A stretch of DNA of 64,000 nucleotides from Verrucomicrobiota bacterium (lineage in GTDB: Bacteria; Verrucomicrobiota; Verrucomicrobiia; Opitutales; Coraliomargaritaceae): NCBI GenBank assembly GCA_030829145.1, contig JAURBE010000001.1, positions 6,246 through 70,245 on the forward strand, given 5' to 3'. This document shows positions 50,742-62,039 of this stretch, in pieces. The notes beneath the pieces were generated by a model. It worked only from the letters and a program-made list of their open reading frames with translations. It was not told the DNA's origin and ran no database searches. Position 1 is the stretch's first letter, and every line of letters starts with the position of its first letter. A program made the position numbers and the translations under genes.

Positions 50742-51047
50742 ATGAAAAAATCTGAAATCTTCCTGCCGAAGGTCAAAACTAAGCCAGACAATATGCTGTT
50801 TCGCTTCAGCCTTGGGCAAGCACTCTATGACGAAGGCACCACACAGGCCGCGATTCCACACCTGCAGCGCTGCGCCGACTCACGCAACGACTGGATGCTA
50901 CCCCGAATATTACTTGGCAAAGCGCTCCTTCAGCACGACCAAGCCGACGCTGCTAAGCCGATCCTAGAAGACGCGCTGGAACTCGCCATCTCACAGCACC
51001 ACGACGAGCCAGCTGCAGAGCTCCGCAACATCCTCGAAGACCTCTAG
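50742..51047 (+). CDS. Small TPR-like protein
   Basis: FRFSLGQAL...LLGKALL helical repeats. Confidence 0.7.
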   Translation: MKKSEIFLPKVKTKPDNMLFRFSLGQALYDEGTTQAAIPHLQRCADSRNDWMLPRILLGKALLQHDQADAAKPILEDALELAISQHHDEPAAELRNILEDL

Positions 51048-51127
51048 CCGCGCTACCTTGCCAAACAAGCCTGGGCTACTGACTCTCGAATTATCTGTGG
51101 GCTGCGAAAGCATAGCTCCTAAGACCA

Positions 51128-51505
51128 ATGAACACGCACCGACTCATTTCAGTTCTACTGATCCTACCAACAGTAGCGCTGTTTAAATCATGCAGATGGG
51201 TGCAGCCCAAATTAATACTGGGGTACCTGCTCTTAATTTCGATCATTACTGTTCTTACTTATTGGCATGATAAACGCCGCGCAAGAGCCGGTGGGCCACG
51301 CGTGCCGGAATCGACCTTACACTTCCTCGAATTTTTGGGCGGTTGGCCGATCGCATACATTGCCCAACAGAAGCTACGCCACAAAACGATCAAACGTAGT
51401 TATCAAGTGACTTTTTGGACGATTGTGGGGCTCTATCAATACCTGTCACTCGAAGTAATCTTTCAGTGGCGGGTGCTTCATACCTTTATCACACTATTTC
51501 GATAA
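51128..51505 (+). CDS. DUF1294 membrane protein
   Basis: DKRRA....RVPESTLH.L..LGGWP....AQQ.LRHKT.K. Confidence 0.9.
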   Translation: MNTHRLISVLLILPTVALFKSCRWVQPKLILGYLLLISIITVLTYWHDKRRARAGGPRVPESTLHFLEFLGGWPIAYIAQQKLRHKTIKRSYQVTFWTIVGLYQYLSLEVIFQWRVLHTFITLFR

Positions 51506-51596
51506 AATGCAGTCAGTGAGTATCCATATGACCACATCTCATTAATCGACTCAAAATTCTCGTCACGCCTACATTCATATCCCATCCTCTGAACCC

Positions 51597-54401
51597 ATGC
51601 CTAAAAGCGTTGCGATACATCTAGATTGGAATCTGCCACTACTCCCTGCCATCACGCAGCAACTCTTAGCTGATAACAACGGCGACTTCATAGATCTAAG
51701 CCACCTGCTCGTTATAGTTCCCACCGTACAATCGGGGCGCCGCTTGCGCGAGGCACTCGCACTGGCGAGTGGACAGCGTGGCTTGTTTCCACCGGAAATT
51801 GTTACGCCTGACGTCTTCCTCAGCCAAACAATCAAGGACCAGCCCATTGCAAGCGAGGAAGCCGCCACCGCCGCGTGGGTTACCGTGCTGGGAGCAATCG
51901 ACTGCGCACACTTTAACGCGCTCTTCCCCATCGCACCCGAGCAAAATATTGGCTGGCAACTCGGCATGGCAGAACGCCTGATGCAATTGCGCAACGAACT
52001 CGGCGAAGAAGGTCTCGACTTTGCCCTCACGGCACAACGCACCGCGGAAAATGGTCTCGAACCCGCCCGCTGGAATGAACTTGCCCGCTTAGAGGGACTC
52101 TATCTCGACCAGCTACAACTTCGCGCATTGAAAGATCCCAAGCTTGCGCGCCGCGAGGCCGCCCAAACCTATACCCCTGCCCCTGCGATCAAACGTATCA
52201 TACTCGCAGCCACTCCAGATCCTCAACCACTACCACTCCAAGCGCTGGAACAGGCGACATTACATACCTGTGTAGAAATCTGGATTTACGGACCTGAAGA
52301 CGCTGAATTTGACTGCTGGGGGCGGCCTATCACTGATCACTGGACACAGCGAGCGCTCAACCTTGAGGCTTGGAACTGCCAATTACACACTCATACCTCA
52401 CAAAAAGCCGTAGCCAAGTGGATCGCAAATACTATGGATGGCACCACTCCGGAGTCGGTGCTGGTTGGACTCGCCGACCCCGCACTTAACCCTGCGGTAA
52501 GCGATGCACTTAATCGCAGGCACATACCTAGCTATGACCCTGAAGGCGAAGCACTCCATATCGGTAGCGTTGGTCGACTTACAGAACTACTCTGCCAACT
52601 CTGTGAAGACCGTAGTACATCCACCATACGCACGCTCCTGCAACACCCCGATATTCAAGAATGGCTGGGCCTAGCAAACGACCGTAACCGTGTACTGCGT
52701 AAACTGGACCGCATATTCGAACAGCATCTGGCTCCCGACCTGAATGCACTCATACAGTTCTCCAGACAAGAAGCATTTGATGTGCTGCGTAAGCCTCTGG
52801 CCAAGATTCACCAACTCGCAACCGACTTAGCCAGTGGCAGCAGCTTCAATAACGCACTCGCCCAAGCACTGCAACAAATCTACGCAGACAAAAAAATTGA
52901 AACGACTGGATCAGCCAATACTCAATGGCAAGAACGGGCCGATGCCATCCGCAAAATTCTAGCCGCCGCAGGCGATGCCGAGGTCCTCTTCCCTAAACTG
53001 CCAAAAGATTTTAGCCGCTCGGCGTTTCGACACAATTTGCAAAGCAGTCGCGTCTACCCTGATCGTCCTCGCGCAGCTCACGACTTGCTAGGATGGCTCG
53101 AACTACTTTGGAATGATGCCCCTCACCTAATACTCGCCGGGCTCAATGAAGGTATCGTACCCGAATCAGTCAATGGCGATGCCTTCCTACCCGAAGCACT
53201 CCGAGAAGAACTTGGCCTACGCACTAATGCGCATCGCTTCGCCCGAGACGCCTACCTACTGGAAGCGCTCTGTCGGAGACGAGCTGGCTCATGCGGTCGC
53301 ATCGACATACTGGTACCTCAAGCCGCAGATGACCACACACCACTAAAACCTTCGCGTATTCTCTTTCAAGGGAGTGACAATACACTACTCAGCCGTACGC
53401 GACAACTGTTTCACCAGACTCAAGATAGCAGTCGTGTAATCGAGCATAGCGTAGCATGGCAACTATCCCCTCCTCCTGACTTGCCAATGCCGACCACCCT
53501 CTCTGTTAGCGCGTTTAAGAGCTACCTACAATGCCCATTCCGTTTTTTTCTCAGACATATCCTAGACATGCGCACGCTCGATGTCGAAACACGAGAACTC
53601 AACCCTGCAGCGTTTGGCAACCTCTTCCACGACACAGTTGACCATCTAAATGGTCATACCTTTGACAACCATACAGAACTAGAAAAACTCACCAAAAATC
53701 TGCATGGCATTGCTGAGCAACTATTACACAAACGCTATGGCGAAAAGCTTTCCTTTGCCATACGCCTACAAAATGAAGCGCTCATGGCACGGATCAGCGC
53801 TTTCTGCCAACGACAAATAGCGGACTGCCAAACGAATGGCAGTACTAGCATTTTGAATACCGAAGAAGCATTTGAATTTCCGCTTAACAATCTCACTGTA
53901 AAGGGTCGTATTGATAGGATTGATCAGCGAAAAGAACGTCTAGAGCTCATTGATTACAAAACCAGCAACTCCCCAGCCAATCCCGAAAAAACGCATCTAT
54001 CGGTAGTCGCAAAAAAGGAGCCACCTGAGCACCTACCCGATGCTGCCTTTTTCGAACACGAAGGCAAAACCTATCGCTGGATTGATCTTCAGCTGCCCCT
54101 CTATCTCCTAGCCAAAAGCAGCAATAGTGCCGAACGACCGAGTATCGCATATTTTAACCTTAGCCAAACACTTGATAAAAGCGGTATCGAACGCTGGGAT
54201 GGATTCACGCAAAATCACCTAGACTCTGCCGTCGCTTGTGCCAACGCAGTAATCGATCAAATCAGAGCTGGTATTTTTTGGCCACCCAACCAGGACATCC
54301 ACGAAGCCTATGATGACTTCATCGACCTCTTTCCAGACGGTATTGAAAACTCCGTTAATGCTAAGGCCTTTGAACAGTATCAATTTAAAGTGGCACCGTA
54401 A
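51597..54401 (+). CDS. AddB-like PD-(D/E)XK nuclease
   Basis: LSVSAFKSYLQCPFRF, FGNLFH, GRIDRID, IDYKT, LQLPLY. Confidence 0.88.
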   Translation: MPKSVAIHLDWNLPLLPAITQQLLADNNGDFIDLSHLLVIVPTVQSGRRLREALALASGQRGLFPPEIVTPDVFLSQTIKDQPIASEEAATAAWVTVLGAIDCAHFNALFPIAPEQNIGWQLGMAERLMQLRNELGEEGLDFALTAQRTAENGLEPARWNELARLEGLYLDQLQLRALKDPKLARREAAQTYTPAPAIKRIILAATPDPQPLPLQALEQATLHTCVEIWIYGPEDAEFDCWGRPITDHWTQRALNLEAWNCQLHTHTSQKAVAKWIANTMDGTTPESVLVGLADPALNPAVSDALNRRHIPSYDPEGEALHIGSVGRLTELLCQLCEDRSTSTIRTLLQHPDIQEWLGLANDRNRVLRKLDRIFEQHLAPDLNALIQFSRQEAFDVLRKPLAKIHQLATDLASGSSFNNALAQALQQIYADKKIETTGSANTQWQERADAIRKILAAAGDAEVLFPKLPKDFSRSAFRHNLQSSRVYPDRPRAAHDLLGWLELLWNDAPHLILAGLNEGIVPESVNGDAFLPEALREELGLRTNAHRFARDAYLLEALCRRRAGSCGRIDILVPQAADDHTPLKPSRILFQGSDNTLLSRTRQLFHQTQDSSRVIEHSVAWQLSPPPDLPMPTTLSVSAFKSYLQCPFRFFLRHILDMRTLDVETRELNPAAFGNLFHDTVDHLNGHTFDNHTELEKLTKNLHGIAEQLLHKRYGEKLSFAIRLQNEALMARISAFCQRQIADCQTNGSTSILNTEEAFEFPLNNLTVKGRIDRIDQRKERLELIDYKTSNSPANPEKTHLSVVAKKEPPEHLPDAAFFEHEGKTYRWIDLQLPLYLLAKSSNSAERPSIAYFNLSQTLDKSGIERWDGFTQNHLDSAVACANAVIDQIRAGIFWPPNQDIHEAYDDFIDLFPDGIENSVNAKAFEQYQFKVAP

Positions 54402-54479
54402 CGGATTCAACAATCAACACTGCACCGAACTGTGACGGTCTAGGCATAAATTAAATCAATCCACGGACCATTAAAAGAA

Positions 54480-56405
54480 TTACGTGACTAAATAGGTATG
54501 ACCACGTAGCAGCTCGGCATATTCATCCAACATTCGTGTACCTTCACGTGGCTTAATAATGTCCGCCTTCGTGGCACGGTCAATTTGCTTTTTCAACTGA
54601 CGTGTCAGGATATGCCCATCGTATTGCGTAAAGCCAAGCACGTCATTCACGGTAAAGCCTTTAATACTGTCTTCGATGTAAAACCCATCTTCTTCGTCGT
54701 CTTCCAGAAAAACATGCACCTCATCCACGCGACCGAACAAATTATGCAAGTCACCCATTATGTCTTGATAGGCACCAACAAGAAATACCCCTAAATAATA
54801 GGGCTGCTTTGCATCGAGCGGATGAAGCCGAATGGTTTTACGCACATCTTCAACATCGGTAAATTCAGAAACCTTACCTTCACTATCACAAGTAATATCA
54901 ACAAGTGTCGCAGCCACATCCGGAGATTCATTGAGACGATGCAGTGGCGCAATTGGAAACAGTTGGTCACATGCCCAATGGTCGATTAACGATTGGAATA
55001 CTGAAAAATTACAGACGTATTGCTCAGCCATTATCTGTGGTAATGACTCTAACTCCTCGGGTGTATAATTTGCACGCTTACCAAGATCTGAAAGCTCTTT
55101 ACATATTTTCCAATAGGTTGCATCCGCCTCTGCTTTCTCAATCAAGTTCAAGTAACCCAGCGAAAACAAATTGTTGGTCTCTTCCTTTTTTTGTTGAGCA
55201 TCATGATAACGCTCCAATGGGCTGGATCCATGTTGATTTAGCAGAATTGCTTCCAACTCCAGTAGTATTGGATTACGTTTCTTTTTACTCGCCAGCTTCG
55301 GGCTCACTGAGGTCTTTGAAATGCGATCACATACTTGGGTAACTAGGATCGAATGCGGGGCAACGATCGAGCGGCCACTTTCAGTCACAATATCGGGAAC
55401 TGCTACGCCAGCATCTGCACAGACTGTCTTGATATTATAAACCACATCGCGTGCATATTCACGCATGGTATAGTTCATCGAGCTTTCATAATTACTTCGG
55501 GATCCATCGTAATCAATTCCAAGTCCACCTCCCACATCCAACAATCTCATAGGAAACCCCATCTTTTTAAGCTCACAAAAGAAACGAGTCGCTTCGACAG
55601 TTGCCTTTTTAATGGTCTGAATATTCGGCACCTGTGAACCGATATGGAAATGAATTAGCTGTAAGCAATCTTCCAGACCAGCACGCTTTAAACGCCGAGC
55701 AGCATCAATGATTTCGGGGCTAGTCAGACCAAACTTGGCATCCTCTCCAGAGGAACTGGCCCACTTACCCTCGCCGGCAGTCGACAATTTGACTCGAAAC
55801 CCAATTAACGGACGTACTCCCAACTTCTTACTAATCTGAATAATTCGGGGAACTTCACTCAGCTGTTCGACTACCAGAAATATTTCTTTGCCCAAACGCC
55901 GACCTTGTAGCGCGAGTTTAATAAATTCGTTATCCTTGTAGCCATTGCATATAATCAATGATTCTGGATCTTTATGCATCGCAAGGGCAATCATTAGCTC
56001 TGGCTTACTTCCACATTCCAGACCAAAGTGATACGCCTTACCCGCATCACGTATCTCTTCAATCACTTCACGTAATTGATTTACCTTGATTGGAAACACT
56101 CCTCGGTAGTTGCCTTGGTAATCTTCATTCTTTATCGCCTGTGTAAATAGCTCATTCAACTCAACCACGCGCGTGCGTAAGAGATCCTGAATACGAATCG
56201 TCAGTGGTGGTTTCAACCCCTTCCCAATTGCTTCCGTCACAATATCATGAATACGAATACTGCGCTGATCTCCTGATGGATGTACCAGCATGAACCCATC
56301 CTCATCGACCGAGAAATGCCCACCACCCCAGCGCTTGAGACCATAGTATTTTTCGGCGGATGCGACCGTCCATTCGAGATCTTTAGTGTCAGTATTTTGC
56401 TTCAT
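54480..56405 (-). CDS. speA: Biosynthetic arginine decarboxylase
   Basis: FPIKVNQ, GSKPEL, HFHIGSQ, DVGGGLGIDYDG, DITCDSEG, GAYQDIMGDLHNLFG. Confidence 0.97.
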   Translation of the reverse strand: MKQNTDTKDLEWTVASAEKYYGLKRWGGGHFSVDEDGFMLVHPSGDQRSIRIHDIVTEAIGKGLKPPLTIRIQDLLRTRVVELNELFTQAIKNEDYQGNYRGVFPIKVNQLREVIEEIRDAGKAYHFGLECGSKPELMIALAMHKDPESLIICNGYKDNEFIKLALQGRRLGKEIFLVVEQLSEVPRIIQISKKLGVRPLIGFRVKLSTAGEGKWASSSGEDAKFGLTSPEIIDAARRLKRAGLEDCLQLIHFHIGSQVPNIQTIKKATVEATRFFCELKKMGFPMRLLDVGGGLGIDYDGSRSNYESSMNYTMREYARDVVYNIKTVCADAGVAVPDIVTESGRSIVAPHSILVTQVCDRISKTSVSPKLASKKKRNPILLELEAILLNQHGSSPLERYHDAQQKKEETNNLFSLGYLNLIEKAEADATYWKICKELSDLGKRANYTPEELESLPQIMAEQYVCNFSVFQSLIDHWACDQLFPIAPLHRLNESPDVAATLVDITCDSEGKVSEFTDVEDVRKTIRLHPLDAKQPYYLGVFLVGAYQDIMGDLHNLFGRVDEVHVFLEDDEEDGFYIEDSIKGFTVNDVLGFTQYDGHILTRQLKKQIDRATKADIIKPREGTRMLDEYAELLRGHTYLVT

Positions 56406-56469
56406 TTAAACCACGTCATCAAAAGTATTTGCACGCGATAAATGACGGATCATGCAGCCATTAGAAAGC

Positions 56470-56500
56470 AAAAAAGGAAGCGACGAAAATCGCTTCCTTC
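56470..56500 (-). terminator. Intrinsic terminator after gcvH
   Basis: Minus strand AAGGAAGCGA-TTTTCG-TCGCTTCCTT followed by a T tract. Confidence 0.75.
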
Positions 56501-56542
56501 AGAAAAATTCAGACCCGTAGCAAACGAATCGTTCGGCGCCTT

Positions 56543-56923
56543 CTAGATTAAAGTAGAATACGCCTCAGGCTTCATCAAATCAGCAACTTGAGACGCATCC
56601 GACAAACGAATCTTCAGCAGCCAGCCTTTTATGAATGCGTCTTGGTTGACGAGCTCTGGAGCGGAATCGACTTCTTCGTTGATCTCAACAATCTCGCCGC
56701 TAACCGGCATATAAAGGTCGGATGCTGCCTTGACTGACTCAACAACGCCAAAAGTGTCACCAATTTGAAGTGTATCACCCACCTCAGGAAACTCGACAAA
56801 TGTGATATCACCAAGGCTCTCTTGAGCATAGTCAGTTATGCCGACAGTGGCAGTGCCATCATCATGCAACTTGATCCATTCGTGATCTTTAGTGTAAAGG
56901 AGGTCAGTGGGTAGTTCGCTCAT
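56543..56923 (-). CDS. gcvH: Glycine cleavage system H protein
   Basis: HEW, GITDYAQ.LGD, VESVKAASD. Confidence 0.97.
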   Translation of the reverse strand: MSELPTDLLYTKDHEWIKLHDDGTATVGITDYAQESLGDITFVEFPEVGDTLQIGDTFGVVESVKAASDLYMPVSGEIVEINEEVDSAPELVNQDAFIKGWLLKIRLSDASQVADLMKPEAYSTLI

Positions 56924-56966
56924 TAAGAACAGAAAAACCGAAAAGAATATCGAGGGTCAATGCTTC

Positions 56967-57464
56967 TTATTCGAAGAATGCAATGATCTGCTCAATAATG
57001 TACTTGTGCTCGAGCGGTGTGATTTCACCATTCTGCAGGCGCTTATCAGCATCTAGAGCTCTTTTTGCCATACGCTCAAATGGATCAGTACCGATCGAGT
57101 TCGGTACTAGATCACTCTGCATCTTAGCCTCCATTACCTTCGGCTCTAAATCAACATAGTAGCCAAGATCTTCTGATAAGCCAAAACGAATAAAATTCTC
57201 GGCCTTGTCATTCGGCACAGGCGTAAAAAATTTAACCGCAGAATTAAAGCCATTTTTCTCAAGACGGATCTCGTGGCTTACTTTACGCGGCAAATCTAAT
57301 GTTATCGGCGTGATGCCTACAGGCACTCCATCTATGTAAACACTGGCCTCATTTGGAAAAGACAGAATGATTACCTCTTGAGGCGTACCTTTTTCAAACG
57401 AAGCACATGCCGTAAGAAATAAAGATGCTAGGATAGCTAGAATGGTGTAACGAGGGGATCTCAT
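56967..57464 (-). CDS. PEGA-domain lipoprotein
   Basis: LTAC lipobox; S.P.EASVYIDG..VG.TP...HEIRLEKNGF. Confidence 0.85.
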   Translation of the reverse strand: MRSPRYTILAILASLFLTACASFEKGTPQEVIILSFPNEASVYIDGVPVGITPITLDLPRKVSHEIRLEKNGFNSAVKFFTPVPNDKAENFIRFGLSEDLGYYVDLEPKVMEAKMQSDLVPNSIGTDPFERMAKRALDADKRLQNGEITPLEHKYIIEQIIAFFE

Positions 57465-57685
57465 GTGTTTAAAACAAAAAAATTGTAAAGTATTTCATTA
57501 GCATATCCTATGAGCAGTTAAACGGTCAAGACTTTAGAAAAATTACTTAGAATACAGGCTCGTGTCTCTTTTAAAACCACTAAATGTGCTTGAACTAAGC
57601 CACTGGCCTCACTCAACATAGAATTTTAAGCCAACGAACATGATCAAGGAAGTACTTCTTCTTTCCAACGTTTGACTATCAGCAA

Positions 57686-58735
57686 ATGACCTTCACATTC
57701 ACCCTAGCAATCCTCTTTACGATTGGAGTGTCTGCACTCTGCTCAATTTTGGAGGCCATGATTTTAAGCACCACTACCGCAGAAATTGTAGCGCTTAAGA
57801 AATCACACTTAAAACGTGGAGAAAAACTGGAGAAATATAAGGTTGAACTTGAGGAGACCAGTTCTGCGATCCTAAGCCTCAATACCATAGCTAATACACT
57901 GGGTGCAACTATGGTAGGTGGACTCGCAGTAAAGATTTGGCCAGAAGATGCGAATATTCTCTTCAAAATCTCCTCCGCCATGGCGCTCGCGATCCTCTTT
58001 TTCTCTGAAATCCTGCCTAAAAATATGGGCGTGCTTTACCGCCCCGCCCTGCAACCGATCCTCATCTACCCACTCACATGGGTGTGCGCAATCATGGCTC
58101 CGATATCGGGAGTCGTGGCGGTTATCGTACGCATCCTTCTTAAGCCTGCAGAAAGCACCACCGATAGTGATGAGGAGATTCTACTCTTAGCAGAAAAGAG
58201 CGCCAAAGAAGGCACGCTTACCTCAAACGAGCGAGAAGTGATCCATAACGCACTCAGTCTCGACGAAGTACAAGTCGACCAAATCATGACTCCTCGGACC
58301 GTTCTTTATACGATCGATGAATCAGAAACTGTTGGCTCCTTATTTAAACAAGAGAATAATCTACCATTTGCACGTATCCCAATTTATCGCGATGAGTCCG
58401 AAAATATAACTGGTATCGTTCGGCGCAGAGATATCCTCAGCGCCAAAGCAAATGGGCAGGACAGCTTGCCTATTACAGAGATGGCAACCGAGATCATCTA
58501 CATTCCAGACAATGCAAGCGTCGACGATGCTTTGCAGATGTTACTTAAAAAACACCAACAACTGGCCATGACCGTCGACGAGTTTGGCACGATCTCCGGT
58601 GTAATCACCATGGAAGACGTGATCGAACATATCATTGGCCAAGAAATATTCGAAGACGACGATCCCGCAGTCGATATGCGTGAACTCGCTCGTCGCCAAC
58701 AGTTTGCGACCAAACATAAGAGCCGGAAGAGCTGA
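57686..58735 (+). CDS. CNNM (DUF21) plus CBS domain membrane protein
   Basis: SALCSILEA, SEILPK, IMTPR, VDEFG...TMEDVIE. Confidence 0.92.
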   Translation: MTFTFTLAILFTIGVSALCSILEAMILSTTTAEIVALKKSHLKRGEKLEKYKVELEETSSAILSLNTIANTLGATMVGGLAVKIWPEDANILFKISSAMALAILFFSEILPKNMGVLYRPALQPILIYPLTWVCAIMAPISGVVAVIVRILLKPAESTTDSDEEILLLAEKSAKEGTLTSNEREVIHNALSLDEVQVDQIMTPRTVLYTIDESETVGSLFKQENNLPFARIPIYRDESENITGIVRRRDILSAKANGQDSLPITEMATEIIYIPDNASVDDALQMLLKKHQQLAMTVDEFGTISGVITMEDVIEHIIGQEIFEDDDPAVDMRELARRQQFATKHKSRKS

Positions 58736-58787
58736 TCAAACAAGCCTAGTCACTATGCATATACGAACAATTTCGCTCAGCCTCCTA

Positions 58788-59810
58788 CTAGGTTCGGCGT
58801 AAGCTCTCCGCATACGCCCGAGCAAAATAGGTCAGAATCATATTAGCACCCGCACGACGAATCGCCAACAACGATTCATCGCGGCAACGCTCAAGGTCAA
58901 GCCAACCATTCTGCGCAGCAGCCTGAATCTGCGCATACTCGCCAGACACCTGATAGGCAGCGAGCGGTAACTCTGTCGCATCTCGCACTTCACGGATAAC
59001 ATCTAAATACGGCCCCGCAGGCTTTACCATGAGAACATCCGCACCTTCTTCCTCATCCAGCGCCACCTCTACCAAGGCCTCACGGCGATTGCCGGGGTTT
59101 AACTGATAACTACGCTTGTCTAGCAAATGTGTACCCGCGCTACTAGCACTTCCCACAGCATCTCGGAATGGCCCATAAAAAGCGGAGGCAAATTTGGCTG
59201 AATACGCCATAATACTTGTCTTTTCGAAATGGTTTTCATCCAAAGCCTCACGAATTGCACCCACGCGACCATCCATCATATCTGAGGGAGCTACAAAATC
59301 GGCACCCGCTTCAGCAGCAAGCACAGCCATTTCCGCAAGTATTTCAACCGTTGCATCATTAATCAAGTCACCTGCCTGCACATCAAATAAGCCATCATGA
59401 CCATGCACTGTGTATGGATCCAGGGCCAAATCGGTGATCACTACCATCTCAGGCACCTCGTTTTTGATTGTGCGAATTGCACGCAACACAAGTGTCCCAG
59501 GGTTGAGCGCCTCACGTCCATCATCCGTTTTTAAAGAATCGTCCAATTTTGGAAACAACGCCACAGCAGGTATCCCTAAGTCAGCCAACTCTCGGCACTC
59601 TTGAACCAGCAAAGGAATTGTTAGACGGGAAATGCCAGGCATCGATTCAATCGCTTCAGATGCACCGTCACCATCAATCACAAACAAAGGCTGAATCAAA
59701 TTATGCACATGTAAGTCTGTCTCATTCGCCATGGCACGCAATGCAGCAGTGCGTCGCAATCGACGAGGGCGATGAGTTAGATCTAAGCGAAAGTCAAAAT
59801 CAGCAGTCAT
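58788..59810 (-). CDS. hemB: Porphobilinogen synthase
   Basis: RPRRLR, DLALDPYT.HGHDG, PSDMMDGR, MVKP, YQVSGEY. Confidence 0.97.
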   Translation of the reverse strand: MTADFDFRLDLTHRPRRLRRTAALRAMANETDLHVHNLIQPLFVIDGDGASEAIESMPGISRLTIPLLVQECRELADLGIPAVALFPKLDDSLKTDDGREALNPGTLVLRAIRTIKNEVPEMVVITDLALDPYTVHGHDGLFDVQAGDLINDATVEILAEMAVLAAEAGADFVAPSDMMDGRVGAIREALDENHFEKTSIMAYSAKFASAFYGPFRDAVGSASSAGTHLLDKRSYQLNPGNRREALVEVALDEEEGADVLMVKPAGPYLDVIREVRDATELPLAAYQVSGEYAQIQAAAQNGWLDLERCRDESLLAIRRAGANMILTYFARAYAESLRRT

Positions 59811-59951
59811 GCGCAGCACCATGACAACTCCCCGAATCATTTCAAGCCGAACTCTCAGGTCTTAGTCTTAGGGATTTATGCTTCACACAATAGTTTTCAC
59901 CAGTCACTCTTCCCGTTTTCAAACTCTCAGCTCTCAACTCTCAGCTTTTTA

Positions 59952-61388
59952 ATGCCTGTCCAACTTTACGACACACTCAGCCGCTCAATTAAGCCACTCG
60001 CGCCCGCCAGCAGTCAACCACTACGTTTCTACTGCTGCGGACCGACTGTTTACGGCCCAGCACACATTGGCAACTTCCGTACTTTCCTAATACAGGACGT
60101 ATTGCGTCGAGTCGTTGAGGCCGACGGTACTGAGGTCAAACACGTGCGCAACATCACCGATGTGGACGACAAAACCATCCGCCGCTCAATTGAAGAAGGC
60201 CTCTCTCTAGGTGAATTTACCGCTAAATGGACAGATAAATTCCATGTCGACTGCGACGCCCTCAACATGCGCCCACCAAGTGTCGAACCCAGCGCCGTAG
60301 CTCATATTCCAGATCAAATCGCGCTGGTTGAGACGTTGATTAAAAAAGGTCACGCCTACGCAACCGATGACGGCTCTGTCTATTTTCGAGTGAATTCATT
60401 TGAAGACTACGGTCGCCTCTCACGCCTCAAACAACGCGAGCTTAAAACACAATCTGAGAACTCCGCAGGCGAGCTAAACGACGCCGACGAATATGATCGA
60501 GAATCAGTCACCGACTTCGCCCTATGGAAAGGTCGTAAACCTGAGGATAAAGCAAATTACTGGACTAGCCCTTGGGGTGAAGGCCGACCAGGCTGGCACC
60601 TCGAATGTTCCGCAATGGTCGACAGCGCCTTTGACGGCGAAACCATTGACTTACACGGCGGCGGCATAGACCTATGCTTTCCTCATCACGAAAACGAGAT
60701 TGCACAATCTGAATGCGCACACGGACACGCTTTCTGCAACCACTGGTTCCACAGCGCTCACCTTATGGTTGAAGGCGCAAAAATGTCCAAAAGTCTCGGC
60801 AACCTCTACACCTTAGACGACCTCAGAGAGAAAGGCTTCAGCCCGATGGTCGTGCGCTACACTCTTATCGCTGGCAGCTACCGCCAACAACTCAACTTTA
60901 CTTTTGATGGACTGCACGCTTCGCAGAGTGGCCTTACACGTATCGAACGCTTCGCAGAATCACTCCTCGCAATTACTAGCGAAGACAAGACCGAGATGCA
61001 TGGCTACATATCGGCCGAAGCACCCGACGATTTTGGGCGACTCTCAAAAGCATGGGATGCCCTTCGCAACAACTTGAACACAGCTGCCTGCCTCGGCGCA
61101 ATCTTCGGGGTAATTGGCTCCAACCCCGCTGCATCACTCGATGCTGACGGCGCGCGTGCCATGCTAAAAGCACTCGGCACCCTCCTTTACGCACTCGGGC
61201 TAGAGCTCTTCACCGTTGAAGAAGCAACCGTTGATGCCCCCGCAGCAGTCAGGGCAATAGCACAAGCACGTTGGGAGGCAAAACAAGCTAAGGACTGGAC
61301 TAAAGCAGACGAACTGCGCGACGAGCTGCTCGCACTAGGCTGGGTAGTGAAAGATAACAAGGACGGCTTCGCAGTGGAGCCAGCATAA
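59952..61388 (+). CDS. cysS: Cysteine--tRNA ligase
   Basis: [25 protein letters not shown]. Confidence 0.98.
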   Translation: MPVQLYDTLSRSIKPLAPASSQPLRFYCCGPTVYGPAHIGNFRTFLIQDVLRRVVEADGTEVKHVRNITDVDDKTIRRSIEEGLSLGEFTAKWTDKFHVDCDALNMRPPSVEPSAVAHIPDQIALVETLIKKGHAYATDDGSVYFRVNSFEDYGRLSRLKQRELKTQSENSAGELNDADEYDRESVTDFALWKGRKPEDKANYWTSPWGEGRPGWHLECSAMVDSAFDGETIDLHGGGIDLCFPHHENEIAQSECAHGHAFCNHWFHSAHLMVEGAKMSKSLGNLYTLDDLREKGFSPMVVRYTLIAGSYRQQLNFTFDGLHASQSGLTRIERFAESLLAITSEDKTEMHGYISAEAPDDFGRLSKAWDALRNNLNTAACLGAIFGVIGSNPAASLDADGARAMLKALGTLLYALGLELFTVEEATVDAPAAVRAIAQARWEAKQAKDWTKADELRDELLALGWVVKDNKDGFAVEPA

Positions 61389-61571
61389 CGCTTGTCGCCA
61401 ACAAGCCACGATGCCGAATCGGAAGGTCCTAGGTGCGCAGTAACTCAAATTGCCGCGCTTTCATCGACTACCCAGAACGCTCATCTGATGATTCAGAAAG
61501 ATTCCTGCAACTTCCCCAAAACCACTACGAAACCATTTGCGAGCCTTACAAAACACACCACTTAACCAGCC

Positions 61572-62039
61572 ATGAAACGATTCCTAAAATTACTCTTCTC
61601 ACTAAGCGCAGTACTCCTAGCAACTAATGCTTATGCAAACATTGATGCAGGTTAAGACTCCGCTAATTACTACAAAACATTCCCCGATCAATGGGATGGT
61701 AAAAAAAATCAGTGTCGACTGTACCTCTGTGAAACGTATCAACGGGGGCCTCAAGTGCAAGGTGTCGTCTTTTTCGTAGCACAAACGATCAACGAAAAGA
61801 ACCAAACTAAAGGTGGTCATATCGTGGTTGCGATTCTCAAAGAAGACGTCGTAGCGTTTGTTCGTAAATACGGCACCGTCAACGAGCGCACCCAGGGCAG
61901 CTCTAGCCGAGTCGACAGCAAGCGTTTAACAGGTATCTTTCACCAGCTAGATCACGGCCACGTCTACATTGACGAATCAGGCAATGCAAACGACATGATC
62001 ATCGAGCGCAAAGAAAACACCAAAAACGCAATTCGCTAA
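61572..62039 (+). pseudogene. Secreted hypothetical protein interrupted by an in-frame TAA
   Basis: MKRFLKLLFSLSAVLLATNAYA signal, TAA at 61653-61655, then the frame stays open and joins ORF 61755-62039. Confidence 0.7.
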
